In this document: positions 38,864 to 52,485 of the stretch, piece by piece | Layout: each line of letters begins with the position of its first letter | Position numbering within the stretch: position 1 is the first letter of the stretch | Source of the DNA: Ginglymostoma cirratum | Lineage: Eukaryota | Length of the DNA stretch: 64,000 nucleotides | Direction: 5' to 3' | Assembly: GCA_024137785.1 (NCBI GenBank) | Contig: JAHRHZ010000062.1 | Coordinates: 25,584,533-25,648,532 of the forward strand | Notes under the pieces: generated by a model | Told to the model about the DNA's origin: nothing | The model's input: only the letters and a program-made list of their open reading frames with translations | Database searches by the model: none | Program-made: the position numbers and the translations under genes

Positions 38864-40131
38864 GAGAACATGGAACAGTACAGCACAGTTCAGGCCCTTC
38901 AACACACCATATTATGCTGACCTATTATCCTACTCTAAAAATCAAACTAATCTGCATACCCTTCATTTTACTATCATCCATGTGCCTATCCAAGAGTCAC
39001 TTAAATGTCCCTAATGTATCTGACTCCACTACCACTGCTGGCAGAGCATTTCATGCACCCACCACTCTCTGTGTAAAGAACCTACCTCTGACATCTCCCC
39101 TACACCTTCCTCCAATTACCTTAAAATTATGCCAATTTATAATAGTCATTTCCGCCCTGGGAAAAAGTCTCTGGCTATCCACTTGATCTATGCCTTTCAT
39201 CACCTTGTAAACCTCTATCAAGTCACCTCTCATCCTTCTTCACTCCAATAAGAAAAGCCCTAGCTTCCTCAACCTTTCCTTATAAGACCTGCCCTCCAGT
39301 CCAGGCAGCATCCTGGTAAATCTCCTCTGCACCCTCTCTAAAGCTTCCTCATCCTTCCTATAATGAGGCAACCAGAACTGAATACAATATTCTATGTGAG
39401 GTCTAACCAGGGTTTTATAGAGCTGCAGCATAATCTCACGGCTCTTAAACTCAATACCCCTGCCAATGAAAGCCAACACACCATATGCCTTCTTAACAAC
39501 CCTATCAACTTGGGTGGCAACTTTGAGGGATCTATGGACGGACCCCAAGATCCCTGTGTTCCTCCACACTGCCGAGAATCCTACCATTAACTCTGTATTC
39601 TGCATTCAAATTCGATCTTCCAAAATGAATCACTTTTCTGGGTTGAATTCCATCTGCCACTTCTTTGTCCAGCTCTGCATCCTGTCAATGTCCCTTTGCA
39701 ACCTACAACAGCACTCCACACTATCTACAACTCCACCAACCTTCGTGTCATCAACTAACTCATTAACCCACCCTTCCACTTCCTCATCCAAGTCATTAAT
39801 AAAGATCACAAAGAGCAGAGGTCCCAGAACAGATCCCTGCGGAACACCACTGGTCACCGAGCTCCAGGCTAAATACTTTCCATCTACTACCACCTTCTGT
39901 CTTCTATTGGACAGCCAGTTTTTTATCCAGACAGCCAAATTTCCCTGAATCCCATGCCTCCTTACTTTCTGAATGAGCCTACCATGGGGAGCCTTATCAA
40001 ATGCCTTGCTAAAATCCATATACACCATATCCACTGCTCGACCTTTATCAATGTGTTTTGTCACATCCTCAAAGAATTCAATAAGGCTTGTGAGGCATGA
40101 CCTGTCCCTCACAAAGCCATGCTGACTATCT
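38864..40131 (-). mobile_element. CR1-clade LINE, 5'-truncated, same subfamily as 2047-3178
   Basis: ORFs 39630..40112 (SCLTSL, YMDFSKAFD, GVPQGSVLGP), 39240..39605 and 39051..39233 are frameshifted RT segments; long runs nearly identical to the 2.2-3.1 kb copy. Confidence 0.93.
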
Positions 40132-40807
40132 CCTTCCTAACATCACCATGAAACCATCACCAATTGTTAGAAAAACCCATCTGGTTCACTGATATCCTTC
40201 AAGGAAGGAAATCTGCCATCCCCACCAGGTCTGGCCTAAAAGTGACTGCAGACCCATGGTGATGTGGTAGACTCTTAATTGCCCTCTGAAATGGCCTAGC
40301 AAGCCATTCGGTTGTACCAATTGGTACAAAGTCTCAAAGAAATGAAACCGGACGGATCACCTGGCATTGACCTAGGGACCAGAAAAGACAACAGCAGAAA
40401 CAGCCCTTTCCACCCTGCAAAGTTCTTCTCACTAACATCTGTGAATGGTTTTGATCTCCTTACCTAAGGAAAGAGATAATCAGTCCAGAGCAGGTTCACT
40501 TAGTTGATCCTGGATACAGAGAGACTATCTTCTGAGGAGAGATTGAAAAAGTTGGGTATGTATGCATTGGAGTGTAGAAGAATGAGAGATGGCCTTATTG
40601 AAACAGTGAAACATTGAAATGGAATGTTTCACAGCAGGATTTGAGGAGAAAAGATGGATGGGTAATGTTTGACTCCTTGCTCCCTGTAAAGAGATGATCT
40701 TCACAATATCTAGACGGAGTTGAGACCACTCATGGGAATAGTGAAGGCTCCCATGCCCAGGCGACCCATGAGCTTCATGTTCTGTGCTGCGTAGCCCTCC
40801 TACTACC

Positions 40808-41113
40808 ATCATAGAATCAAAGAATCCCTGCAGCGTAGAAAGTGGCCATTTGACCCATTGAGTCTGCATTGACTTTCTAAAGAACACCCCAAACAGACAA
40901 CCCCACCACCACCCAATCCCCACATTTGTCAAAGCCAATCTACCTAACCTGCACACCTTTGGACCGTCAGCAGTAACTGGAGCACCCAGAGGAAATGTAC
41001 TCAGACACAGGGAGAATGTGCAAACTTCACGCAGTCACCCAAGGCTGGAATCGAACCCAAGTTCCTGGTGCTGTGAGGCAGCAAGGCTAACCACTGTGCC
41101 ATCATTTCGCCCA
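40808..41113 (-). mobile_element. tRNA-derived HE1-type SINE
   Basis: Same head, core and tail as 25530-25860. Confidence 0.8.
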
Positions 41114-42048
41114 ATTTGAACTCATTCTTCAGATGCTCAAACTTCTAACCCCTTGTACAACTAATGCCCTCTCTTCTCTTTTGCAGTGGCATCCACAGCC
41201 ATGAAGAGGACATGGCCTGACCCGATCAGCAAGTAGCTCCTTGGAATGGACCAGAATGCATTGAAGTTAAGCTTTTCTGTTACCTTGATGGCCACTGTAA
41301 TAGGATGACCACCCACTCCTTCTGATTGCATGTCCTGTTTCAGTAAATGACACAGTTCTGGTATGGTGTCTAGGGACGCCAGTCAATACTGAACCGTGGA
41401 TGCCTGAAAGAAAGACAGGGAAAATGGCAGATTCTGAGTCTCCTCATCCTCCTCTGCATCCTGGGAAGACTTCCGTTTGCTGCTTCTCTCTCTCTGGAGG
41501 CTGTTCAGCAGCCATTGATGTTTCTGTTGTTCAAAGATTTGCTTTTGTAATTGTTGCCTCCTTTTGTGTTGTCTGTGTGGGACTGTGACAGTAACGATAG
41601 TCCCAGCCATTGTAGATCCATTTGAAATAGGTGCACTGATACTCTGTGGGGAATATCATAACCAAAACAGCTTCTCGGTGACATGATTCCTGAGCAGTCA
41701 TAACAAATAGAAATGAAGCTTCATGTTAGGCTGAAATACGTTATGGCATGGACAACTCCTAGACAGAAGGCAACGTACTTGCCTCTATATGGACCTCAGT
41801 TATTTCACCTTATTTAGATAGGTGTAGTGCAAAACATGTCACCAAACAACAGAGCGAGATTATAAATCTGGTAGGACTAGACTCTCATTGCAGTCTCCCC
41901 CATCCCACTCACTCAGCTAAGAAATACACCATTGGGTATAACAGACAATGTTCTTACATATTTACAGTTAAGTGTGGCAGGGGAGCAGCTCTAAAGCAGT
42001 GTGCAGCAGTGACACTTGTGAAATATGTATGTGAACTGGTGTACACAG

Positions 42049-42250
42049 GGATAACAAGGTGTAGAGCTGGATGAACACAGCAGGCCAAGCAGCATCATAG
42101 GAGCAGGAAAGCTTGATGTTTCAGGCCTAGACCCTTCATCAGAAAACATCAAGCTTTCCTGCTCCTATGATGATGCTTGGCCTGCTGCGTTCATTCAGCT
42201 CTACACCTTGTTATCTCGGATTCTCCAGCATCTGCAGTTCCTATTATCTC
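42049..42250. repeat. Penelope-derived palindromic repeat with flanking direct repeat
   Basis: Inverted arms 42050-42120 / 42145-42215; flanked by CTGGTGTACACAGG at 42036-42049 and 42250-42263. Confidence 0.8.
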
Positions 42251-43587
42251 TGGTGTACACAGGTGTCACTTTCAAGATTTCTAGCAGTCACACCAGCTTT
42301 GCAGAGATGACAAAGATCCATTATTAGAAGTGATGAAATTGTCATGATTGCTTGAGGCCAAGGTTTTTAATCTGTTTTAGAAACATAGCTTCCAAAGATT
42401 CATCAGCCTCAAAACATTACCTATGTTTCTCTTGCTGCAGATGCTGCCAGACCTGCTGAGTTTCTTCATCACTTTCTGTTTTTATTTCAGATCTCCAGAA
42501 TATTTAATGTACAATTTGGTCAATGCACAAGCTGCATATGAAATGCAATTTGATTTGTACAGGTGTGGCATTATTAAATCTACGGATGCCCAATTAATGC
42601 ATTTGCCCCTAGCAAAGACTTACATAACAAATCAGTCTGCCCTGTCCTGCACCAGCAGAAAAAAGAAATAAACTTATGTGTTTTCACCATTTTGCTTTTA
42701 GATTTGTTAAGTTTCAGTTGAAAATGGCACACCATCCAGGTCATGCTCTTGCAAGTGATTTGTAGAGTCTGCCCAATAGTCCTAACCCTTCATGTTCTGT
42801 TTTGAGTTGCTGTCCCTGTCAACCCCATCAGCTTTCATGCCCCATCATCCAACACTTTATTTGACTTATAGCATCTCCAATTTTCCCCCTCAGCCCATGG
42901 CTTACTACATTGCCATGTCTATGATTTTAATCCACTGTCCTCCCACTGAAATAACGTGATAGTGACTTGGATTCCACAGCATCCACACACTCCTACGCTC
43001 TAAAGCATTCCAGCCTTTCATTTGGACTTGGGCAACTTGATTGTCATTCACCCCTCATTATCACAGCATGATATAGCCCATCCCCAGGCCTGACTTTCCG
43101 ACTTATCCGACACTCCATGGATCATCTGATAAGACCCCTAATGCTTATTATCTAAATCCCAGTTCTAACTGTGGCTCAATCCCCAGACTGACTGGTGAAG
43201 ATATCTCCAGATGAGTATCATCCAGGCCCTAGAGTGATGTTTCCATTGCTCCCTGAATGATGAACTTATAACCTTCAGAATGGCTGACCTGCAGGAATAA
43301 AAGGCCCATCCACAGACAGGAAAGACAATGATCCCCAGGCAGTGGTGGGCTCAAGTGACTGACTGGGTCCAATTTCCCTTACTGCAATTGAATGAGTCCT
43401 TCAACCAACTGTGGTGACTCTCCATAATTGACCATAAGTGCCCTTGACCTCTCTAAGGACTGGTACCCTTTAACATCAAGACAGGGGGAGAAGTGTGGGA
43501 AAGTTCAAACAGAAAGCCGAAATAAAGAGCTAACCAGAGGCTGACTACCCTTTCCTCTCAGCAAGACACCATCTCCCACAGACAGAG

Positions 43588-45550
43588 GTCATAGAGTCAT
43601 ATACAGCATGGAAACAGACCCTTCAGTCCAACTCGTCCTTGCCGAACAGATATTCTATATAAATCTAGTCCCATTTGCTAGCATTTGGCCCATATCCCTG
43701 TAACTCTTCCTATTCATACACCCATCCAGATGCCTTTTAAATGTTGTAATTATACCAGCGTCTACCACTTCTGCTGGCAGCTCATTCCAAATATGCACCA
43801 CTTCTGCTTGAAAAGTCCCTTCTTTATCTTTCACCTCTCACCTCAAACCTAAGCCCTCTATTTTTGGACTCCCTCCTCAGTGGAAAATACCTTGCCTATT
43901 TATCCTATCCGTGAACCCCAGGATTTTATTAACCTCTATAGGTCACCCCTCAGCCTCCAGTGCTCCGGAGAAAGCAGCCCCAGTCTATTCAGCCTCTTCC
44001 TATAGCTCAAACCCTCCAAACCTGGCAACATCCTTGTAAATCTTTTCTGAACTCTCTCCAGTTTCATAACATAATTCCTATAGGATGGAGACCAGATAGA
44101 ACATGCAAAACTCCAAAAGTAGCCGAACCAATGTCCTGTAGAGACACAACATGACCTCCCAGTCCTATACTCAATGCACTGACCAATAAAGGGAAGCATA
44201 TTAAACACCTTCTTCACTATCCTATCTATCTGCGATTCTACTTTCAAGGAACTATGAACCTGCACTCCAAGGTCTGTTTCTTTAGCAACAGTCCCCTGGA
44301 CCTTACCATTAAGTGTATAACTCCTGCCCTGATTTGCCTTTCCAAAATGCAGCACCTGACATTTATCTAAATTAAAGTTCATCTGCCACTCCTTAGCCCA
44401 TTGGCTATCTCATCACGATCCCATTGTACTTTGTGGTAACCTTATTGCTGTCCACTATATTTCCAATTTTAGCGTCATTTGCAAACTTACTAACCATACC
44501 TCCTATGTTCACATCCAAATCACTTATATAAATGACAAAAAAACAGTGGACCCAGCACCAAACCCTTTGGCACATTGCCGGTCACGGACCTCCAGTCTGA
44601 AAACTAACCCTCCACCATCACCACTCTCTGCCTTCTACCTTGGAGCCAGTTCTGGATCCAATGATATAGATGTCCCTCTATTCCATGTGATCTAACCTTG
44701 CTAAACAGTCTACCACGAGAAACCTTGTTGAATTCCTTACTGAAGTCCATATGGATCACATTCATAACTTTATCCTCATCAGTCTTTGTTACCTCTTCAA
44801 AAAAACTCAATCAAGATAGTGAGACACAATTTCCCAAGCATAAAGCCATATCGACTATCCCTAATCAGTCCTTGCCTTTCCAAATACATGTAAATTCTGT
44901 CCCTCAGGATTCCCTCCAACGACTTGGCCACCACCAATGTCATCTCACCAGTCTATAGTTCTCTGGCTTTTTCTTACCACCTTTCTTAATTAGTGGCACA
45001 ACATTAGCCAATCTCCAGTCTTCCGGCACCTCACCTGTGTCTTTTGATGATAAAAATATCTCAGCAAAGGGTCCAACAATCTCTTCCTTTCAGTTCCCAC
45101 TGATTTCTAGGGTACACCTAATCAGGTCCCGCGGATTTATCCACTTTTACGCATTTTCAGACGTTTAGCATCTCCTCCTCTGGAATATGGATATTTTTCA
45201 AGATGTCACTATTTATTTCCTCATGTTATATATCTTCCATATCCTTCTCCACAGCAAACACTGATGCAAAATACTTGTTCAAGTATCTCCCCCATCTCCT
45301 GCGGTTCCACACATAGGTGGCCTTGCCAATCTTTAAGGGGTCCTATTGTCTTTTGTCCTTAATGTATTTGTAGAATCCCTTTGGATTCTCCGTAACCTTA
45401 TTTGCCAAAGCTATCTCATGTTCCCTTTTTGCCCTCCTAATTTCTGTCTTAAATATACTCCTTCAATTTCTGTAGTCATCCAGCATTCCCTAAACCCATC
45501 AGCCTTGCCCTTCACCCTAACAGGAACATACTGTCTCTGGACTCTTGTTA
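43588..45550 (-). mobile_element. Degraded CR1 LINE (RT region to 3' UTR)
   Basis: ORFs 43936..44382 (FNLDKCQVLHFG, LERVQKRFTRM) and 44604..44810 (MDFSKEFNKV); tail repeat (minus CTCTATGA) near 43588-43600. Confidence 0.9.
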
Positions 45551-45931
45551 TCTTATTTTTGAATTATTTGTGTTTCACAGGGATATACAGAAAAGGAGGT
45601 TAAAAATGGACTGCAAACCCTGGTCCTTGTGTTAGTGTCCTGATGTGTTAGTGCGCTGGAAGTCACAACTTGAGAGTAGCTATTAAACAGCCCTAGACTA
45701 CAGGTAAAAGAGAGAAAGTTCTTGTTCTGAGTGCTGGCAGACAACACCAGGTTGTGGCCCTGACTGCGCTGTAAATCCCTGTAAAGGCCCAGTTGTGGGT
45801 GTAGATGAGATTAAATAAATCTCTGAGAGCTACCAGGATTTTGTGCTCAAAGGAAGGGTGGTCACAATTCCACAGGATGAGGTGAGCAAGCCTGTCATAA
45901 TACTGAGGGCTACCAGGGCAAGATTGTTATG

Positions 45932-46531
45932 AGAGATAAAAGGTACTGCAGATGCTGGAGAATCCGAGATAACAAGCATGGGGCTGGATGAACACAGCAG
46001 GTCAAGCAGCATCATAGGAGCAGGAAAACTTGACGTTTCGGGCCTAAACCCTTCATCAGAAAAAAGGTTTAGGCCCGAAACNNNNNNNNNNNNNNNNNNN
46101 NNNNNNNNNNNNNNNNNNNNNNNNNNNNNNNNNNNNNNNNNNNNNNNNNNNNNNNNNNNNNNNNNNNNNNNNNNNNNNNNNNNNNNNNNNNNNNNNNNNN
46201 NNNNNNNNNNNNNNNNNNNNNNNNNNNNNNNNNNNNNNNNNNNNNNNNNNNNNNNNNNNNNNNNNNNNNNNNNNNNNNNNNNNNNNNNNNNNNNNNNNNN
46301 NNNNNNNNNNNNNNNNNNNNNNNNNNNNNNNNNNNNNNNNNNNNNNNNNNNNNNNNNNNNNNNNNNNNNNNNNNNNNNNNNNNNNNNNNNNNNNNNNNNN
46401 NNNNNNNNNNNNNNNNNNNNNNNNNNNNNNNNNNNNNNNNNNNNNNNNNNNNNNNNNNNNNNNNNNNNNNNNNNNNNNNNNTATGATGCTGCTTGACCTG
46501 CTGTGTTCATCCAGCCCCATGCTTGTTATCT
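45932..46531. repeat. Penelope-derived palindromic repeat spanning an assembly gap
   Basis: Left arm 45932-46060, right arm begins 46065, is cut by N run 46082-46481 and resumes 46482-46531; flanked by AAGATTGTTATGA on both sides (about 45920-45932 and 46532-46544). Confidence 0.8.
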
Positions 46532-46714
46532 AAGATTGTTATGATCTCAGTTCATGTTACTATTGGGCAAACCAAATCTCATTTGACTGATTGTTTTGAG
46601 TTTAGTGTAGTCATTTACTGAAAGGCGAGTACACAAAACTGCAGATTTTCTTTAACAATAAAACAGAAATTTATTACATTAACAGAAAACAAAGTAAAAT
46701 TTAACAAAGGCAAC

Positions 46715-47265
46715 AGGACAGGTTGTTGAGGGGTTAAAATATATATGGAATACCTGCTTTTATTGATCAATAGGTAGGGTTAAGGTGGATGTTGGTGTAA
46801 GATGTTGGTTAGGCTAAAGCTGGAGTACTGTGCGCAATCTGATTGCCAAATTAAAGGAAGGATGTAATTAATCTGGACAGGATGAAGAGGAGACTCACTG
46901 TGATTTGGAGACAGGCTTGGGTTGTTTTCCTTCGAGGAGAGAAGGCTGATGGGGAATCTGATTGAGGTATATAAAGTTATGAGGGGCATAGATAGACAGG
47001 ATGAAACTTTTCCCCTTAATAGAGGTTTCAATAATCAGGTTCATAGATTTAAGAAAAGGGGCAAATAATTTAGAAGGGGTTTAAGGAAGAATTTTTTCAT
47101 CCAGAGGCTTTCTTGAACTCACTGCCTTGAAGGGTAATAGAGGAATCATTGCAACATTTAAGAAGCATTTAGAAAAACTCTTGCCTTAGCAAGTGCTGGA
47201 AAATGGGACTGGGAAGGTGTTTGATAGCTGGTACAGGCATGATGGGCTGAACTCTATGTCTCTTT
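46715..47265 (+). mobile_element. Degraded CR1 3' fragment
   Basis: LVRLKLEYCAQ, RRLMGNLIEVYKVMRGIDR remnants. Confidence 0.7.
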
Positions 47266-50200
47266 GAAACAAACTAAGCTCTCTAAATACGGAAGTCAGT
47301 TTAAAAGATATGAAAACACACAGCAAAGTCTCATCAGTTCCCTAAAACCAGCACTTTACAGTGATCAAAATTCAGAGAAGTTAGCCCATTATCCCACATC
47401 GTTAAATTTGATGCATCTGATTCTTCCTATTTCTTTCCTGTGAATATTAAGTTTCTTACATGATCAGCCATAAAACTGAAAGTTTATATTTTCTCAGTCT
47501 TTTAAGGATCTGCAGATTTCTAACCAAACATTCCTGGTCTGTATGTTGCACAAACTAATTTTCTACTAAGATAACTTATTTCTCAAGCTGTTGTATACTG
47601 CTTTCTAATAGAGAAAATGTGTCTCACCTCCAAAACTGCACAAAAACACTTCCAATCTCTGGGCTTCTTAAGCCAAAATCCTGCTTGACCTCTCTGACCC
47701 TAAGAGGTTCAAGCTGAGGAGGGTCAACTTGCCTCTAGAAAGGTGACCTTCAGTCTGTCAGACCCATCCAGACACATGGCCCTGCGATTATCCCACCAAC
47801 ATTCTAGGGCCAAAGGGCTCCACTTCTAGCAGGCCCTCTCTACAGCTGGAGAGCCAGAGACTGTAGAATGACTCAGTGGGAGGGAGGAAAAGAAGAAAAC
47901 CTACTGAAGGCATTTTTGAGGCCTAGGTGAAAAAAGGTAGAAGGCAGTATAACTTTCTGCATAAATGTTTTTGGTGTGAACTGTCATGTGTTTGTTAATT
48001 TCTATGTAGACAGTAAATGCATCTTAAGACCTCCAGCAGTACTTTATGGCTACACACATGGCTCCCTGAATAGACGTCTGGGGAAAAGGTGCATACACCT
48101 GACATTGGGTAATGGTGACACCTTCGTCCCTCCTCATTCAATATTCTTAATAGTTAGCTCCCTCTGTGAAGGATGTATCTGTCAAAGGGTTTACCAGCAG
48201 CAGCTGTAGCAGGGAGGTTCCACATACAGACAGGGTCAACATTGTAGGACAGTCATGGAGTAGGCAGTCCGTGTTCTATATTGCATTGGCCTTTGACCAA
48301 CATTCTTACCCTCTAAAAGCCTCAGGATTAGTGTTGGTTGCAGTACCCTTCCTTGAAGGTCGAGTCACTTATCTCATCCACTCTGAGTGTAGTGATAGCT
48401 CTTTTCATCTCCATCACAGCACAGCGAGCACTCCGTAACCAATGATTTCCAGACTCGGCTGGAACGAGCCAAGAAGCTCCCAAACGTAAATATTCCCTTC
48501 CTGGTGGCCCTGTCCGTTAACACCATAGGCTTCACATTTCCCAAAGTACCCATCCAACCCATGTGCCTATTTTCCCCACCCAGCCCCTTGCATATGAGGT
48601 ATCCATGTCAGGAGTGATCATTCACCGCATTCCCCTTGAAACCAGGTCACTCCTGACTATGGACAACGCTTCCCTCATGTATGACACCCTTCTCGGGCTT
48701 TCTTTCATGTATATTCATGTGTAAATCCTCCTGCTTCACTTCACAACAGTACAGCTGGCAGTAAGCTAAAGTTGCCAGGTACCTCCTCCACCTCCCATTA
48801 TGAGAATTACCGAAATCTAGTTTGTTCAGCACATTTGGTAAGTGAGGAAGCTGAATATTAATGAGGTGATTTGTGATGTTAATAAAGCATTTAACAAGTT
48901 ATAATCCCTCTTAATTGGCCATTAGCTGCTGCCTGCAAGAAACTCACCTTGGCGCTCAGCAAATGCATTGAGATGCAGCAAGTTTCTCCCAACTTTTAGA
49001 TAGGACTTGCTTAACGGTGAGTAGTTTGACCAGTCGCATTGTATCCAGAACATGGGACTTTACATCTGCCTTTAAAATAAGAAAAAGTTTGGAGCTAGGT
49101 GACCTTCTTAAATACTTTGAGGGGATCTGGTCTGGTCCATAACACCCCGTACATAATGATCTGAGAGAGCTGGCCACACCCCATTCAGGCTACTTTTTAA
49201 AAAATCCAAAGCCTCCCAAGCTGTTTACATTACCCAGGCTGCTTTGCCTTACAACCTCTCTTCAAAAAAAAGACAAAATAACCTCTTAAACCCATAGTAT
49301 CATCACAGGGGGCAGATATTTATATTATTCAGATTACAAATTGAGAGTGTTAACCAATTCTGCATCTTTATTGGACAGTTTTACTTCAGAATAAATTAAT
49401 TTTGTGTTTAGCAAAGATATCCAGTTGATGGATCTTTTCATTCTAAGTATAACATATAGAAAGCATACACCAAATGGGGAACTTGGGTAAAATATTTTAA
49501 AATTTATGTTGTAACCCAGGGAGTGGTGAGATGAAAGTCAATGATTTGTCTATCTTGGCAAACACAAAATTCAATTACTGCTATTTTACATTCCTACAAT
49601 GAAGTGACAATATTGCTGAACGTAGAATATAGAAATACATAGTTTATTTATATATAAAAAAATACAAACATAAAAAATGTACAAAGAAAGTTCTGACAAC
49701 TAAATCTTAATATGACTTTTTTTAAAAATACAATTAAAATGGATATTTAATCAATATTAATAAAAACAAATCTCAATTGTAACCATTTCATACAATGGCC
49801 CAGATATTTTGGTTTCCTGATAACTGGGGAATGACATTGACTATACAATAACTTCCTGGCAACTTGTAATTTCTAGTGGACAATTACCAGCCATTTGGAA
49901 GTCTCTACAAAAGTTCTCATCTGAGTCACAGTAATCAACTTTAGAAGGTTTCCACTTGCATACATTAATAGTTATCCAGAAAAGGCTAGAGGAATTGAAA
50001 CATGTTCTAATTCCAGGCTCATATAAATCACCCACCTGAAAAGGCAGCCACAATTACAATGAAATACTGGACTGACTTCACCCACTCTGACAGTAAAGTA
50101 AATGGGCCTGCTTTTAATGTGTCATATGGAAGACACAGTGGTCTCAGCACTGCAGGACTTCCCTTGGTACTAATCTGAAGTGTCAGCTTAGATTTTGTGC

Positions 50201-51394
50201 TGGAAAAGATTCTTGAATTACCTTTCCAATTCAGAAAGAGTGTGTTGTTGGGGAAGAGTCAAGAGGAAAAAGCAGAAATATCTATTATTGCACCTATTTC
50301 TCAAATAACAATTTTCAGTTAGTTGAATAGGTTAGTCAAAATACATAGAAAATACCGTTCCAATATAGTAACATGGCATAAAAATACCACTTGGCAAAAT
50401 GGCAAATTCAGACAGATTCTCAAATGCGGAATACAAAAATAGTTCACAACGTTTCCATTTTTTGAAATGGACATTACTACTGTTTGTTTACAAATTTTCA
50501 GAGGAAACATCTAAACAACAGTCCGTAAATAAATCAAACTGTCTTCATTTTAAAGTGGATCCAATAGTCATCAACAAATGCATCTTATTATTACAAAGTC
50601 ATGTACTTTGTGTATGAAATAAACGATAAAGTGGACTTACTAAACAGCACAAAAGGCACATGTTATTATGGTATTGAGCTGCCTCTTCAATTATGGTATT
50701 AGTGGATATCTTCAATTCAACAGACTCAGCAGTGCTGAACTAACTGATTTTTTTCTTTGAAAAATAAAAGTACCTATCAAACTGAAATGGGACAATACAT
50801 ACTACTTACTCATTTCTCTGCTCCATTAGAGTGGGATGATAACAAAACCCACATGATGTTTGCAAGTTGAAAATTCATAAATTCAAGCAAGAGACTTGTT
50901 ACTAATCAAAGGAATAGACTCCAAGCAACTTTAGCCTCATAGACACAACACTCAGCTGAAACAACGAAGAGCTAGAAAGTTTTCCATGTAGCACCATCAC
51001 AACAATAAGACGATGAAGGAGACTAATGTCATCTTAGCTCATAGGATATAGCTGCATTTCGGGCAAATGTCTCAAATACGGCCAGGAATTCCACCTCTCA
51101 TCTCAATGGTCCTGCTCACACCTACAGCTACACTTAACACTCTGTTCCCCTGTTTTACTTCACTTCCTACAATCACTGTACCAGTCTATCTTCCTCCTAC
51201 TGCTCTCACCACTATTGCAACCTCAACTTACTCAATAGTATTGGTACTGCACGATCATAACAGACACATATGGCTGTTACATTTTTTGCATTGCAGGAGA
51301 AGGTTGCACACAATGTATACAGAAAATGGAAACTGGAGACACCAGAGCCAATTTCTCTATTCAAAAGAGGTCACGTGCAACATTTTAAGCATGA

Positions 51395-51905
51395 TGGATA
51401 AACAACACCACCTTCCGGTCACCAACCATTTTAACTTCCCCTCCCACTCCCTGGGTGACATGTCCATCCTGGGCCTCCTCCAGTGCCACAATGACACCAC
51501 ACGCAAACCGGAGGAGCAACACCTCATATTCTGCCTCAGGAGCCTACAACCTGATGGCCTAAGCACAGAACTCACCAGTTTTAAAATCTCCTCACCCCCG
51601 GCCTCATCCCATATCCAACCCTCCCTCTCATCACTGCCTCCATGACCTGACACATCCTGTCCATCTTCTCCCCCAACCTGTCCGTCCCACCCATCCACTA
51701 ACCAATCCCCACCACTCCCAACCTGTTTTTACCTATCACCGTCTCACCTACCTTCCCCAGCCCCACCTCTTCTCTCTCTGTTTACTTCTGAGCTCCCTTC
51801 ACCCTCCCCATTTCTGAGGATGGGTCCCAACCCGAAACGTCAACTTTCTGATGGTCTGATGCTGTTTGGCCTGCTGTGCTCCTCCACCTCTACACTGTGT
51901 TGTTT
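51395..51905 (+). mobile_element. Penelope-like element 3' fragment (GIY-YIG C-terminus + terminal repeat)
   Basis: LPVTNHFNFPSHSLGDMSILGL..RKPEEQHLIFCLRSLQPDGL is the characteristic tail of Penelope GIY-YIG endonucleases; followed by a C-rich UTR and CTGAGGA..GAAACGTC motif at 51814-51841. Confidence 0.8.
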
Positions 51906-52485
51906 GAGGCTAGTCATGACTGTGAACAGTAGCAACACTGAAGGTGATATCACACAATATTTCTTCACACGTTATCCTCTATTTTCTTCACACTTCTCTC
52001 TCAGTCCTAATGCTATGTGGAATTTATTTTAGCAGCCATTTCCCCCTCTAATTCCTTTAGCAGACATTTCCCCCTGTAATTCCTTCACAGTAACAGTTGT
52101 CACTTTCTTTCATTAATATATTCTGTTTTGACACAAAGATTGACTTTTAAGGTATATTTTTAATACCCAACCTTTTATTAGCTAGCTAATGGCTTTTCCC
52201 CATTGCTTCTGATCATTCAGCTAACAAGAACAAAAATATTAGTACTGTTCATACAAGTAGGAGATATACAGATTACAATGCTCCAGGATAAATTTATTGG
52301 TGACCAGTAAATCTCAGACTAAATTGGATGCACAAAAAACAAAGCTAATGTTGATCGCACATTCCACATTTCACCTATGAAAGTATTTTATTATACATTA
52401 TAAAGTCTAAGCAAGAATATTCCTTCACTTTACAGCTGCAAAATCAGAATGCATTGATTACTGTTTCAGAAACTGCCATACCAAT

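Noticed and set aside
45830-46520. Long ORFs 45830..46510, 45978..46496, 46056..46520 (and 63044..63289)
   Set aside because: Artefacts of N runs within repeats.
47640-49200. Possible degraded Gypsy/LTR internal sequence on the minus strand
   Set aside because: Composition is suggestive but I could not read convincing protease, RT or integrase motifs; needs RepeatMasker or tblastn.
51067-51698. 192-aa ORF as a host gene
   Set aside because: Its C-terminal part is a Penelope endonuclease remnant; the rest has no recognisable coding signal.
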